DNA from: a virus
Strand: one strand, 5' to 3'
IMG/VR virus record: IMGVR_UViG_3300045988_076953
DNA: 44,114 nt
Shown here: in pieces, positions 22,963-31,543 of the stretch
How positions within the stretch are numbered: the first letter of the stretch is position 1
Layout: every line of letters begins with the position of its first letter
Translations under genes and position numbers: made by a program
Notes under the pieces: model-generated
What the model was told of the DNA's origin: nothing
Databases searched by the model: none
The model's input: the letters and a program-made list of their open reading frames with translations, nothing else

Positions 22963-23760
22963 TTACTTATCCTTTCCATATTTCTTGTGGTACGCCGCGA
23001 TTTGGTCGCGCGTCCATTTAGGATTAAACTTGCGATACTCCGCGATGATTTCATCGGTCAGGCCGTCGCTTGCGTCATTTCCGCCGCCAATTGGGGCCAG
23101 ATGGTCTTTCCCCTTAGCGGTGTTAATGGCCGCCTGCGTGGCCGCTGCGCTCTTCTTGGCGGCCAGCCGATCGAAGAAGGCCGCTTTGAAAGCGCTCACC
23201 ATATCAACATTGCTCATCACAAGCTGGTTGAAAGTGTCAAATTCGGGGGCGTTACGAAGATCGCCCAGTGTCCGGAATTCGCCGTCCAGTGCGGTGATCT
23301 GCCGCATCTGCTCGTTGAATTGCCGCTGGCCGTCTGCTTCACGCTGGGCCTGAATTGCTTCTTTCGCCTGCTTGATGACGGGGCTGTTGTTGATTGCATC
23401 ATCGAGAATTTTGGGGTCGATTCCCTTCTGCTGCAAGGATTGCCGACGTTGAATGTCCGCCTGCGCGTCCAGTGCTGCGAAGTAATCGTCCATGCTTCGG
23501 ATAGGGTCTCCGGTGGCCGGGTTTGTCAAATGCCCGAACCGCTCAGTCACCATACGGTCGTACTTCTGCTTGGCCTTTGCATCAGCACGTTTCCGGCTGG
23601 TTTCCCATACTTCGTTAGGGATCTCCTGCTGCTGCCCGGCTTCGGCAGCTTCCCCTACGCCTTCATTGGTGGCAGGTTCTCCGGTAGTCTCTTCTTGTGC
23701 AGGTGCGGCTGCCTCCTGCTCGACTTCTTCAGTCACAACGCCGCTGGTATTCTCTTCCAT
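22963..23760 (-). CDS. Capsid scaffolding protein (putative)
   Basis: ORF 22963..23760. Acidic N-terminus, long helical Q/E/K/A-rich sequence, and a position upstream of the capsid gene. Confidence 0.6.
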   Translation of the reverse strand: MEENTSGVVTEEVEQEAAAPAQEETTGEPATNEGVGEAAEAGQQQEIPNEVWETSRKRADAKAKQKYDRMVTERFGHLTNPATGDPIRSMDDYFAALDAQADIQRRQSLQQKGIDPKILDDAINNSPVIKQAKEAIQAQREADGQRQFNEQMRQITALDGEFRTLGDLRNAPEFDTFNQLVMSNVDMVSAFKAAFFDRLAAKKSAAATQAAINTAKGKDHLAPIGGGNDASDGLTDEIIAEYRKFNPKWTRDQIAAYHKKYGKDK

Positions 23761-23773
23761 AATTCCTCACTTG

Positions 23774-23881
23774 TCACTTGCTGCGCAGATCGCCGCCCTT
23801 GGTCACGGTAGGCTTCTTGCTGCTAGAGCTGTTGGTAGCCTTCACGCTGGCGGTACTCTTGTTGCCATTCTCAATCTTCAT
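23774..23881 (-). CDS. 35-aa basic Ser/Lys-rich peptide (tentative)
   Basis: Hand translation: MKIENGNKSTASVKATNSSSSKKPTVTKGGDLRSK. AGGAGG lies 5 nt upstream of the ATG. Too short to appear in the ORF track. Confidence 0.35.
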   Translation of the reverse strand: MKIENGNKSTASVKATNSSSSKKPTVTKGGDLRSK

Positions 23882-24026
23882 GACGCTCCTCCTTTCCTTC
23901 CGTACTAAGGTCTCTTTCTGCCTGTGCTTGGCCGTAGCCGCTGCACTGCCGATTGCGGCAAATGAACGTCAACAGTTCACCGCTGACGTTGACCTTCATT
24001 TCAATGCCACATCTAGGACACTTCAT
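23871..24026 (-). CDS. Small zinc-ribbon protein
   Basis: ORF 23871..24065. MKCPRCGIEM...FICRNRQCSGYG (CxxC...CxxxxC). ATG at 24026. Confidence 0.5.
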   Translation of the reverse strand: MKCPRCGIEMKVNVSGELLTFICRNRQCSGYGQAQAERDLSTEGKEERHED

Positions 24027-24030
24027 GCTA

Positions 24031-25884
24031 TCACCCCTTGTACTTTCCGCTCTCAATAAACTCAATTGCCCATGCCATCAAACCGAACGGCTCATTCAGC
24101 GTCTTGTTTTCAAAGCGATAACGAGTTTTGTCAACCCGCTTCAACTTCGCCTTGGTGTGCAAGGTGCGTGCCGTGGTGTCGCTGGAAAAACTGAACTTCG
24201 AGAAAACAAGCTGTGCAAAGGACAGATAGCGTGAATTAAATGCATTCCGTTTCAGGGTTTTCCATTCGCCCTTGCGCAACACCCGCATATCCACACTGGT
24301 GGCAACTGCGGCCGCAACGCTAACTGCGAGATACCTGAATGTCTTGTTCTTATAGAAAAGGCGTCCCGAAATATCAGGGGTTTCCCACCATGCTTCAATC
24401 GGTTTGCCCATATCGTTGTAGCTGTCAAGGCTGGCCGGGTCGTCATAGAAACGGCATACCTTGCCGTCTGCCGTGCCGAAATACAGCCGCTCATCAATCA
24501 CCCACAGGGCGCTTGCCGGTACGTTGGTACGGAAGAAGCAAGCGTATTGTCGTGTAGAATACGGCTCAGAGGCAGCTCTGCCAATGTTTTGCAGGCCGTC
24601 GAGAATGTACGCATGGTCGTTCACGCACAGCCAATACAAGTCCTTGTGCACCACTGCCACCGCATCTTCGAGGTTCTTTTCCTTTTTCAGTTTCTCGTTG
24701 ATGTAGTAGCTTCGGTTCTGTGCGTATCGTTCGCCGCTAATGTCCGACGGGGTGATTGCGAACACGCCAAGCTTTGTCAAAAACACTGGTTCCGTGGACA
24801 AGTACGCAAACGATCGCTTCGCCACTGCTCCGGGGCCTTGCAACGTATTGATAATCGGGAACGCGGGCGTGGAGTTTACCAGATCGCCCCGCCGCACAAT
24901 CACGTTTCTATCGGGTTCTGCATCGTCCTTGTGTGTAGCAAGGTAGTTGTTTATGATGCTGTAGCCGATAATTGCGCTGCCAGCCGTGCCCAGCTGGGAA
25001 TATCCTGTATCCGGCCAGTATGTCGTGTCGTACTGCCCGGAATACCAGTCTTGGTTAGGATAATCCGGGTTCCCGGACAAGAACAGCCGGTCAGACGCGC
25101 CATTTACGCCAAATAAAATGCCAATATCGCATTTCAAAACGCGGTCTGCGTACCCTGAAACCGTCCGGCTCGCGGAGATTTCAACATTATCCTCGCCAGA
25201 TAGTGGAGAAACGCCAGGCGCAGTGTTGAATGTCACCGTGCCTTTGGTTCTATCAACCGTGAAACCGTCGTTTTTGTCCACCCATGCGCCGTCTGAATTC
25301 AGGATTTTCACCGTTACGGGTCCATCATCCAGCCCGGAAAAGCTCAGATGGTAAACTGTGTCGTCTTTCGTACCGGCAAAACGCTCCCTGAATTTCGGAG
25401 AAATCAGGTTTAGCGCCTCATAATCTGTGCCGCCGCCTTTCGGGGACTTTGCGATAGAAAACAGCGGAACCTTTGCAATTTCTGCCGCGTTCTTTACGCT
25501 GGTTCCGTCGTAAATCAGGATATGCGCGCCATCAATGATGGTCAAACTATCATTGAGTTGCCAGCTTTTGGACGGGGCGTTGTTCGCTTGCTCGTAAATA
25601 ACCGTACCATTTTCACGGTACAGCTTCGTTCCGGCGTGGATAATGCCATCTTTATCCTTTTTCAGCTTGTGATACCCGTTGATTTTCCCATCAAACGTTC
25701 TCACAAGCTCATAGCCCATGGATTTGCGCACTTTTCCGGGCACGTCCCGGATCATGTTCTGCCCGTTCGGGGACTGCCGTTTGTCAACGTTGCCGGGGGC
25801 GTTGCTGTAATCCACGCCCAGAAACGTATCGACCACCATTGTGCTAGGGGACACCTGGTCAGGAACTCTAAAATGTACTGCCAT
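24031..25884 (-). CDS. 617-aa virion structural protein (possibly a tail or nozzle component)
   Basis: ORF 24031..25884, with RBS AAGGAGGGG. Beta-rich sequence in the structural module directly after terL. Family not recognised. Confidence 0.6.
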   Translation of the reverse strand: MAVHFRVPDQVSPSTMVVDTFLGVDYSNAPGNVDKRQSPNGQNMIRDVPGKVRKSMGYELVRTFDGKINGYHKLKKDKDGIIHAGTKLYRENGTVIYEQANNAPSKSWQLNDSLTIIDGAHILIYDGTSVKNAAEIAKVPLFSIAKSPKGGGTDYEALNLISPKFRERFAGTKDDTVYHLSFSGLDDGPVTVKILNSDGAWVDKNDGFTVDRTKGTVTFNTAPGVSPLSGEDNVEISASRTVSGYADRVLKCDIGILFGVNGASDRLFLSGNPDYPNQDWYSGQYDTTYWPDTGYSQLGTAGSAIIGYSIINNYLATHKDDAEPDRNVIVRRGDLVNSTPAFPIINTLQGPGAVAKRSFAYLSTEPVFLTKLGVFAITPSDISGERYAQNRSYYINEKLKKEKNLEDAVAVVHKDLYWLCVNDHAYILDGLQNIGRAASEPYSTRQYACFFRTNVPASALWVIDERLYFGTADGKVCRFYDDPASLDSYNDMGKPIEAWWETPDISGRLFYKNKTFRYLAVSVAAAVATSVDMRVLRKGEWKTLKRNAFNSRYLSFAQLVFSKFSFSSDTTARTLHTKAKLKRVDKTRYRFENKTLNEPFGLMAWAIEFIESGKYKG

Positions 25885-25895
25885 GTTTCCCCTCC

Positions 25896-27377
25896 TTAGA
25901 ACGGATCTCCGAACTTCTGAATCATGTACGCCTTTCCCTCATCGTCTGCGTTGTAGTAATCCTCCCACAGGTCAGATTCCCACGTGACGTGTTTCTTTGC
26001 TTGCGTGGCTTCTGCGGGTGCAGTCCACCAAACACAAAAATACCGCAAGCTATCCACGGAGTGCGTCAAGCTATGCGGTTCCTTCGCGTAAACGTCAGGT
26101 TTACGTTCGTCCTTTTGAATTTTCTGCAAACACCGAAGCAATGTTGGGGTCTTGTACATTGTCAGCCATGCTGTATTTGTCGCCGGGTCAATGCGGAACC
26201 ACTCTTTCATGGCCGCGCATCCGGCAGGGAAGTCCCGGCTCACCTGCACCAATTGAAGCCCTGCTTCAAGGAACAGCTGCGCCCGGCTCTTGCCGCTTTC
26301 CTGACTGCGCCCCCACAGGTCAGAGGGGGCCAGGAACAACTCAACCTCCTCGCCCTTCGACAGTTTCAAGATGGTTTCTGCCGCCGCGCCGATGGGCAAA
26401 TTGCTTTCGTTATACTCTTTGTACACACAGGCATGGCCTGTTACATCAATGTTTACCCAATGGACGCTCAGCATATCAAGGCCGTAGTCCATCACGCAAT
26501 AGCGCCTGCCCTTTGCGGGAAGTTTATCCACACAATGGGTTTCCTTCCTCACTTCGGGGAAGAACGCGCCGCCGGGGACTTCCAATGCCTGATCTACAGT
26601 TGCGGGGTATTCCTGATAGGTCTTATCTTCGCCCAGCGCGTTCAGCGTCCGTTTGTACCACGCTTCATCCCGGCGGGGGTCAGCGCTCCACGGCAAAAAC
26701 AACTTTGTGAACCCGTTGTCCGGGTTTGTGTAGATCTCCTCAAACAGCGTCCCGCGCTTGATTGTAGACAGACCAATGACCCGGCCGCCGGTTGGACGGT
26801 TGATGACAGGGAACGCTGCTTGCCAGATTTCTTCCGCGTACTGCTGGAACGCCCATTCGTCAATGATAATCAAGTCAGCCGTGAACGAACGACCGGCAGA
26901 GGGGGACGAAGGAAACGCTTTGAAAACGCCTTCCGGGCCGTCTGGCCATCGCACCCGCAATTCCAATGCGGATGCCTTAAACACAGGCCCGCTCCACCCG
27001 GCGGGTACAGCGCCCTCTTCCGCAATGAACTCTGGCATGTAGCGCAAAATCACGCCCATACGCCGCACAAGCTCTTTCGCCTCGTCCTCTGTTCTGGACA
27101 AGCCAACAATCGTTCGGCCCGTATTTAACGCCAAAAGTCGGCTTGCCTCAGCCAAGGCAAGCCATGTAAAACCAAGTTGCCGCGCTTTCAGCACAACAAT
27201 CAGCCGATCATTTGCGAATGCTTGCAAGGCTTTCTTCTGCCCGTCCCATAGCTTGAAGGGAACGATCAGTTCAGCTGCGTCCTTGTCCTCAATGTGGACA
27301 TACGTTTCCACGAAGTAGGCCGGATGCTCCATGCAGTATTTCGCTTCCGCTTTTCTTACGTCTGCAAATCCTGCCAT
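25896..27377 (-). CDS. terL: Terminase large subunit
   Basis: ORF 25896..27464. Walker-A-like LKARQLGFTW and Walker-B-like DLIIIDEWAF, with a C-terminal nuclease-like half. Start placed at MAGFADVRK (ATG at 27377). Confidence 0.8.
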   Translation of the reverse strand: MAGFADVRKAEAKYCMEHPAYFVETYVHIEDKDAAELIVPFKLWDGQKKALQAFANDRLIVVLKARQLGFTWLALAEASRLLALNTGRTIVGLSRTEDEAKELVRRMGVILRYMPEFIAEEGAVPAGWSGPVFKASALELRVRWPDGPEGVFKAFPSSPSAGRSFTADLIIIDEWAFQQYAEEIWQAAFPVINRPTGGRVIGLSTIKRGTLFEEIYTNPDNGFTKLFLPWSADPRRDEAWYKRTLNALGEDKTYQEYPATVDQALEVPGGAFFPEVRKETHCVDKLPAKGRRYCVMDYGLDMLSVHWVNIDVTGHACVYKEYNESNLPIGAAAETILKLSKGEEVELFLAPSDLWGRSQESGKSRAQLFLEAGLQLVQVSRDFPAGCAAMKEWFRIDPATNTAWLTMYKTPTLLRCLQKIQKDERKPDVYAKEPHSLTHSVDSLRYFCVWWTAPAEATQAKKHVTWESDLWEDYYNADDEGKAYMIQKFGDPF

Positions 27378-27508
27378 ACTTCTTCCTTTCCCTTGTGCGC
27401 AGGCCCATTGCAGGGCCTTACTGGGCGGAGGCTTTCCCGCTTGCCCATCTATTTGCACGCACACCCCGTTCCCGCCCTCCGGGCTTATCCTGTGCCCGGC
27501 TCACCCAT

Positions 27509-27582
27509 TGGTTGGGCTGGCAGGTGTCGAACCTGCTATGTGGGAGTCAAAGTCCCATGCCTTACCGTTTGGCCACAGCCCA
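27509..27582 (-). tRNA. tRNA-Gln (anticodon UUG)
   Basis: The reverse complement folds as TGGGCTG-TG-GCC..GGC-A-TGGGA-CTTTGAC-TCCCA-CATA-GCAGG-TTCGACA-CCTGC-CAGCCCA-A-CCA. 74 nt, with the U1-A72 pair typical of tRNA-Gln. Confidence 0.85.
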
Positions 27583-27690
27583 ATAAAAAATCCCCGCATG
27601 GTACGCATCAGAGAGAGAGAGGCGCGCGGGGGTGCCTGCCGTGAACTCCCGCTTGCGCCCCGGCGGGATATTTTAACGGGTCATCGGCTT

Positions 27691-27766
27691 TGGAGCCGCC
27701 AGAAGGACTCGAACCCTCGGCCTGCTGCTTACAAGACAGCCGCTCTACCAACTGAGCTATGACGGC
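27691..27766 (-). tRNA. tRNA-Thr (anticodon UGU)
   Basis: The reverse complement is GCCGTCA-TA-GCTC-AGTTGGTA-GAGC-G-GCTGT-CTTGTAA-GCAGC-AGGCC-GAGGG-TTCGAGT-CCTTC-TGGCGGC-T-CCA. 76 nt. Confidence 0.85.
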
Positions 27767-28221
27767 ATAATGGGGCGTTGCCGCCCCTCCTACTTTGCGT
27801 GTAGGGCCGCCCGTATGAACTTACCCGCCACACGGCACGGGGAACAAAACCTTTAGCTTTGATTTGGGTACCAGCCTCACAAAGCACGTGAAAACAGGCT
27901 ACAATGCCGCCTGTCAGGGCCGGAGAACAACAATGGTTGTGAATGGTAAAAAATTTTTTTCGAGTACCACCCTTTTGAGAAGATGGGGTGGGTGAACCCG
28001 ATGGGGGGGGTATTTTTTGAAAAAAGTCTGGCGAGAAGCCCTTTTCGCTACGCCCCGCCCCGTCCTCGGACACCCGCCCCTGCCCCACAGAGGGGGGGGT
28101 GGGGGCCTCCAGAGAATAGCGGTACAGAATATCTATGCTACTATCATCAGCAGCCCGGTGCCCATGGTACAGCCTAACCTATTTCGCTAAATTGCTGTTT
28201 GACGAAATAGGAATCGACGAT

Positions 28222-28698
28222 TCAACGTTTCTTTCTTCCCTTTGCGGAATTTACCGCGCCAGAATCTGCACTTTTGGTGCTGGATGCATCCAGCCGGGCC
28301 GCAACCTTGCGCGCCAGCTGCACGTCCTCAGCGCTCAGCTGCTGCACTGCCAGCGTCTCGCCGGGCTTGTCGCCTGCGCTGTCCCTCACCCATGCCGCCG
28401 CCGCTGTGTCGCCGTCCTGGGCCTTGATGATCTGCGCGATGGCTATGGCGTCGTACTGATCTAGGGCCGTATCGCGGGCTTTTGCGGCCCTCTGCGCCGC
28501 CTCTGCCAGCTCGCTGTCTGTAGCTCCGGTGTACTCCATCGCCAGGAGATCGTCCAGGACGTCCCGCAGAGCTCTTTTGCGTCGTCTGGACTCCGTGGCC
28601 GCCGCCTGGCCCTTGCGGGTAAAAGCGGTCTTTTCCTCCGGCTCCATGGCAGTGATCGGCCGGAGATTTGCCAGCGCTCTGTCTGTCGGTCTCGCCAT
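28222..28698 (-). CDS. terS: Terminase small subunit (putative)
   Basis: ORF 28222..28698. Basic N-terminus and AIAIAQIIKAQDGDTAAAAWVRDSAGDKP, which resembles small-terminase families of Firmicutes phages. Lies upstream of terL. Confidence 0.5.
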   Translation of the reverse strand: MARPTDRALANLRPITAMEPEEKTAFTRKGQAAATESRRRKRALRDVLDDLLAMEYTGATDSELAEAAQRAAKARDTALDQYDAIAIAQIIKAQDGDTAAAAWVRDSAGDKPGETLAVQQLSAEDVQLARKVAARLDASSTKSADSGAVNSAKGRKKR

Positions 28699-28754
28699 AT
28701 CCTCACCCCCTTATAAAAGAGGGAGGCCCCCACGTTGTGAAGGTCTCCCCTGCA

Positions 28755-29081
28755 TTATGTGTCTTGTCTTGCCTGCCTGATAGCCTCAGCCAGCAGCCGC
28801 GCTGCCGTCTGTGCCGGCGTCTCGCCGTCAGCCTCTAGGCCCTGGACTGCATCAGCTCTCAGGCTGAGCCGGATGCGGTCGCCGTCTTCGGTGGCCTGTG
28901 GCTGTGTGCCGTGGGCCATCCGTGCCCGGACTGCCTCCAGTACGTACCCCTGTAGGCTCTGCCCGGCTGCTGCTGCCGCCGCTCTGATGCTCTCGCCTTC
29001 AGGGCGCAGCGGCTTTATCATGATCTGATCACACTTTGCGTTATATTTTGCGTTACCTCGTCGTTTCGCTTCGCTTTGCAT
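28755..29081 (-). CDS. Ribbon-helix-helix (CopG/Arc-like) DNA-binding protein
   Basis: ORF 28755..29081. KYNAKCDQIMIKPLRPEGESIRAAAAAAGQSLQGYVLEAVRARM fits a beta-alpha-alpha RHH layout. First gene after the divergent promoter hub. Confidence 0.5.
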   Translation of the reverse strand: MQSEAKRRGNAKYNAKCDQIMIKPLRPEGESIRAAAAAAGQSLQGYVLEAVRARMAHGTQPQATEDGDRIRLSLRADAVQGLEADGETPAQTAARLLAEAIRQARQDT

Positions 29082-29102
29082 GGCTGTACCTCCTTATAGG
29101 AG

Positions 29103-29132
29103 AGTATACCACGCTCCGCCGGTTCCCGTCAA
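29103..29132 (-). promoter_or_regulatory. Sigma70-type promoter driving the RHH/terS/late direction
   Basis: Minus strand: TTGACG (29132-29127), 18-nt spacer, TGgTATACT (-10 at 29108-29103). Confidence 0.55.
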
Positions 29133-29198
29133 CGTGTACAAACTGCACAATTTCCCGTTAACCAATTTGTGAGATTCTCCAAACTTCCCGTTAACGGG
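29123..29198. repeat. Three direct copies of TTCCCGTYAAC (candidate operators); the third forms the palindrome CCCGTTAACGGG
   Basis: Copies at 29123-29133 (TTCCCGTCAAC), 29152-29162 and 29185-29195 (TTCCCGTTAAC). A degenerate inverted copy, CGTTAGCGGG, lies at 29211-29220 inside the + promoter spacer. Confidence 0.8.
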
Positions 29199-29227
29199 TT
29201 GACAACTTACACGTTAGCGGGTATACT
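29199..29227 (+). promoter_or_regulatory. Near-consensus sigma70 promoter for the + strand island, unit 1
   Basis: TTGACA (29199-29204), 17-nt spacer, TATACT (29222-29227). The first gene's RBS AAGGAGG lies at about 29267. Confidence 0.7.
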
Positions 29228-29279
29228 CTAGCCATAGCAAGCGACACAGGGCCGCAAGCAGAAGAGCAAGGAGGACGAC

Positions 29280-29618
29280 ATGAGCAAAGCACTTACCACC
29301 GATGATCTCATCAAAAAAATGGCGTGGCACGTAGCCCGCGAGGTAAAGCACTACAAGAGCGACTTTGACCTCGACAAAGAGGCGCTGTCCGAGGCGCTGG
29401 CTGCTGGCCGCTATGGCCAGTATATCTGGATTACTCGCACCTGTGGCACGTATCTCGTGCCGGTCGGCATCGCGGCCACAGACCCCGACCGGAGTGCCGA
29501 GGTGCTGGCAGTTATCCGGCGCGCATGGTCGGACGCCGAGCGCCGCGAGTACTGCATCACCCTGGGCCCCTGCAGCCACTCTTTCCAGCCCCTCCGGCAG
29601 AAGGAGGCGAGAGCATGA
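29280..29618 (+). CDS. Hypothetical protein (island gene 1)
   Basis: ORF 29280..29618 with RBS AAGGAGG. Confidence 0.6.
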   Translation: MSKALTTDDLIKKMAWHVAREVKHYKSDFDLDKEALSEALAAGRYGQYIWITRTCGTYLVPVGIAATDPDRSAEVLAVIRRAWSDAERREYCITLGPCSHSFQPLRQKEARA

Positions 29619-29827
29619 CGCTCTACTATATCAACTGGGACCGTGACGACTGGTCCCTGTGCAGCGTCCAGTCTGAGCACCTCGTCGAGATCTGGCCCGG
29701 CGCGTGGGTTGACTGCTCCGGCAGGATCCCCGGCCCGGTCCTCGATCGGCTATATACCACCGCAGACGGGGCGCTGCACCACAATCCGGCCCGTAGGTGG
29801 CCCGCGGCACAGGAGGTGCGCACATGA
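29615..29827 (+). CDS. Hypothetical protein (island gene 2)
   Basis: Internal ATG (29615) of ORF 29525..29827, preceded by AAGGAGG. Overlaps the upstream stop by 4 nt. Confidence 0.5.
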   Translation: MTLYYINWDRDDWSLCSVQSEHLVEIWPGAWVDCSGRIPGPVLDRLYTTADGALHHNPARRWPAAQEVRT

Positions 29828-29916
29828 GACTCACCCGCATGGAGTGCCTGGCGATCGGCTTTGGCTGGGGCGTATCGCTCCCCATGCTATGGCTGCACTG
29901 CCTGGGCATGATCTAA
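29824..29916 (+). CDS. 30-aa hydrophobic peptide (tentative)
   Basis: Hand translation: MRLTRMECLAIGFGWGVSLPMLWLHCLGMI. ATGA overlap with the upstream gene. Too short for the ORF track. Confidence 0.3.
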   Translation: MRLTRMECLAIGFGWGVSLPMLWLHCLGMI

Positions 29917-29988
29917 GACCCGCAAGGCCGACGGCATCCGCCGCCGCTGGTGCAAGTCCAGCCGCCCAGATGGGCGGGCGCTCATGGG
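29914..29988 (+). ncRNA. Structured intergenic RNA element, copy 1 (unknown function)
   Basis: TAAGACCCGCAAGGCCGACG..CCGCC[GCTGG-TGCAAGT-CCAGC][CGCCC-AGAT-GGGCG]GGCGC-TCATGGG. Homologous to 31805-31879, with compensatory stem changes. Confidence 0.5.
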
Positions 29989-30041
29989 CCCATTCACATC
30001 GACACAGCCGCCACGGCGGCACATCATAAGGAGGGTACACC

Positions 30042-30434
30042 ATGAAAGCTTATAGCGAGATCAAGGAAGATCTGGAAGCCAGAAAAGACCGCAGCGCATG
30101 GGGCAGAGGCGTCAACGCCTACGCCCTGGAGCTGCTGGAAGAACTCAGAGAGCGGGCAGCTTATGAGGGGCGCGACCCTAAACCGGGGAAAGAGTGCCGG
30201 GAGTGGATGCTGAACGGGGCGCAGAACTGGAATGAATATTTCTGGGGCGGCTCTGCCCTCATTTATAACGGTGACATTGCCGAAAGACTTTGCACCCCGT
30301 CCGAACTCAAGAAAACCCGCAACGGCGAACGCAGACCGAACAGCCGGGAAGAATGGTTAGACACTCAGGCAAGAGCACTATACCAGGCTTGTAACCGTGT
30401 AGCTTGCTTGTATAGCTCCATAGTGACGGAATAA
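30042..30434 (+). CDS. Hypothetical protein (island gene 4)
   Basis: ORF 30042..30434 with RBS AAGGAGGG. The conserved-looking motif SAWGRGVNAYALELLEEL is not assignable from memory. Confidence 0.65.
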   Translation: MKAYSEIKEDLEARKDRSAWGRGVNAYALELLEELRERAAYEGRDPKPGKECREWMLNGAQNWNEYFWGGSALIYNGDIAERLCTPSELKKTRNGERRPNSREEWLDTQARALYQACNRVACLYSSIVTE

Positions 30435-30451
30435 GGGAGGAAAAACAGACA

Positions 30452-30676
30452 ATGAAAAAGTACACACAGCAGGATTTGCGCCAGCTTGTAAGGCTTGGAG
30501 TTGCAGAGGACTACACCAACAAGCCCAGCGAATACGCCCAGACATTGAGAAGGCTTGAAAAGGTAGGCTATAGCACGGGTGTATATGGCTTGAATGGTGG
30601 CTTAGTGCAAGACCCGGAAACGGGTACATTGTACGCCATTATCGGACGCTGTAGTAATTTGTTCATCGTGTTTTGA
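30452..30676 (+). CDS. Hypothetical protein (island gene 5)
   Basis: ORF 30452..30676 with RBS GGGAGGAAAAA. Confidence 0.6.
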   Translation: MKKYTQQDLRQLVRLGVAEDYTNKPSEYAQTLRRLEKVGYSTGVYGLNGGLVQDPETGTLYAIIGRCSNLFIVF

Positions 30677-30798
30677 CCCCCGTTGCGGCGGGTATAAATA
30701 GCCAGTTAGGCCGCAAGCGTCCCGGCATTTTGCCGGGGGTCTGGAAAGTGTAGGCTTTCAAACCTGCACCACAGAAAGAAATATAGGAGGGTAAAATT

Positions 30799-31017
30799 AT
30801 GCTTTCGCTGAGTTTTCAAGCCCGTATTTTCCAGAACTACCACAGCGGGCAGGACTGCACCAACGGCAGAAAATACCGTTATACCGTTCAACGCAACCCG
30901 CTGGCGTTTGGGGCGTTGGTTTGGATTATGCGCCAGCCGTTGCGAGGTGGCTCTTGGGAATGGGTACAGCCTTTAGCGTTGAATATGCAATTCACGCCCC
31001 GCAATAGTGTTAGATAA
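30799..31017 (+). CDS. Hypothetical protein (island gene 6, tentative)
   Basis: ORF 30799..31017 with strong RBS TAGGAGGG. Unusual composition. Confidence 0.4.
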   Translation: MLSLSFQARIFQNYHSGQDCTNGRKYRYTVQRNPLAFGALVWIMRQPLRGGSWEWVQPLALNMQFTPRNSVR

Positions 31018-31096
31018 ACTTCACCACAGCCCCGGAAACGGCAAGTCGTCGCCCGCCGGGCCATGCAGGAGATTGCAGCGCTCAAAGCGTAACGCA

Positions 31097-31128
31097 ATAG
31101 GGAGATACGAAATCCCGTATCTCCCTAT
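31097..31128 (+). terminator. 13-bp perfect hairpin ending island unit 1
   Basis: ATAGGGAGATACG-aaatcc-CGTATCTCCCTAT. There is no long T-tract, so it could be a terminator or a processing site. Confidence 0.5.
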
Positions 31129-31248
31129 CTCTACATACTAAATATATCATATTTGCGATATATTTGGTAGTGTATCAGACTGTTTTCGGCTGTTGCATTT
31201 GCGGCAGCCCGCACAAAAAATAATCTCAAAATTTAGGCAAATTGCGAA

Positions 31249-31277
31249 TTGCACCACCACCCAATGAGTGGTATAGT
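31249..31277 (+). promoter_or_regulatory. Sigma70 promoter with extended -10 for island unit 2
   Basis: TTGCAC (31249-31254), 17-nt spacer, TGgTATAGT (-10 at 31272-31277). RBS CAGGAGGG precedes the ATG at 31321. Confidence 0.6.
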
Positions 31278-31320
31278 GTAGACAACGAAGCAAGCCGAGC
31301 AAAAACAGGAGGGCAAAACG

Positions 31321-31524
31321 ATGACGAAGATTAAAGACGGCTGGCACCGCATTTGCGGCGCTGATGTGTACGTAGAGAATGGCCGTGTCCTGCGCGGCTT
31401 GAAGAACGGCGGCACGGAAACCGCTTACCCCTACAAGCCGGCATCGAAGAAGTACGGCGGCGGCTGGGACATCGGCACCCCGTCCGTGTCAGCATTCCGG
31501 CGCGGTCCCTGGGTACTCATGTAA
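31321..31524 (+). CDS. Hypothetical protein (island gene 7)
   Basis: ORF 31321..31524. Confidence 0.6.
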   Translation: MTKIKDGWHRICGADVYVENGRVLRGLKNGGTETAYPYKPASKKYGGGWDIGTPSVSAFRRGPWVLM

Positions 31525-31543
31525 AGAGGAAGGAGAACAGACG

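Noticed and set aside
27729-28088. 119-aa minus-strand ORF in the terS-terL spacer
   Set aside because: It runs straight through the tRNA-Thr gene and the poly-C/poly-G tracts. It has no RBS, and its Pro/Gly/Ser-rich translation is driven by homopolymers.
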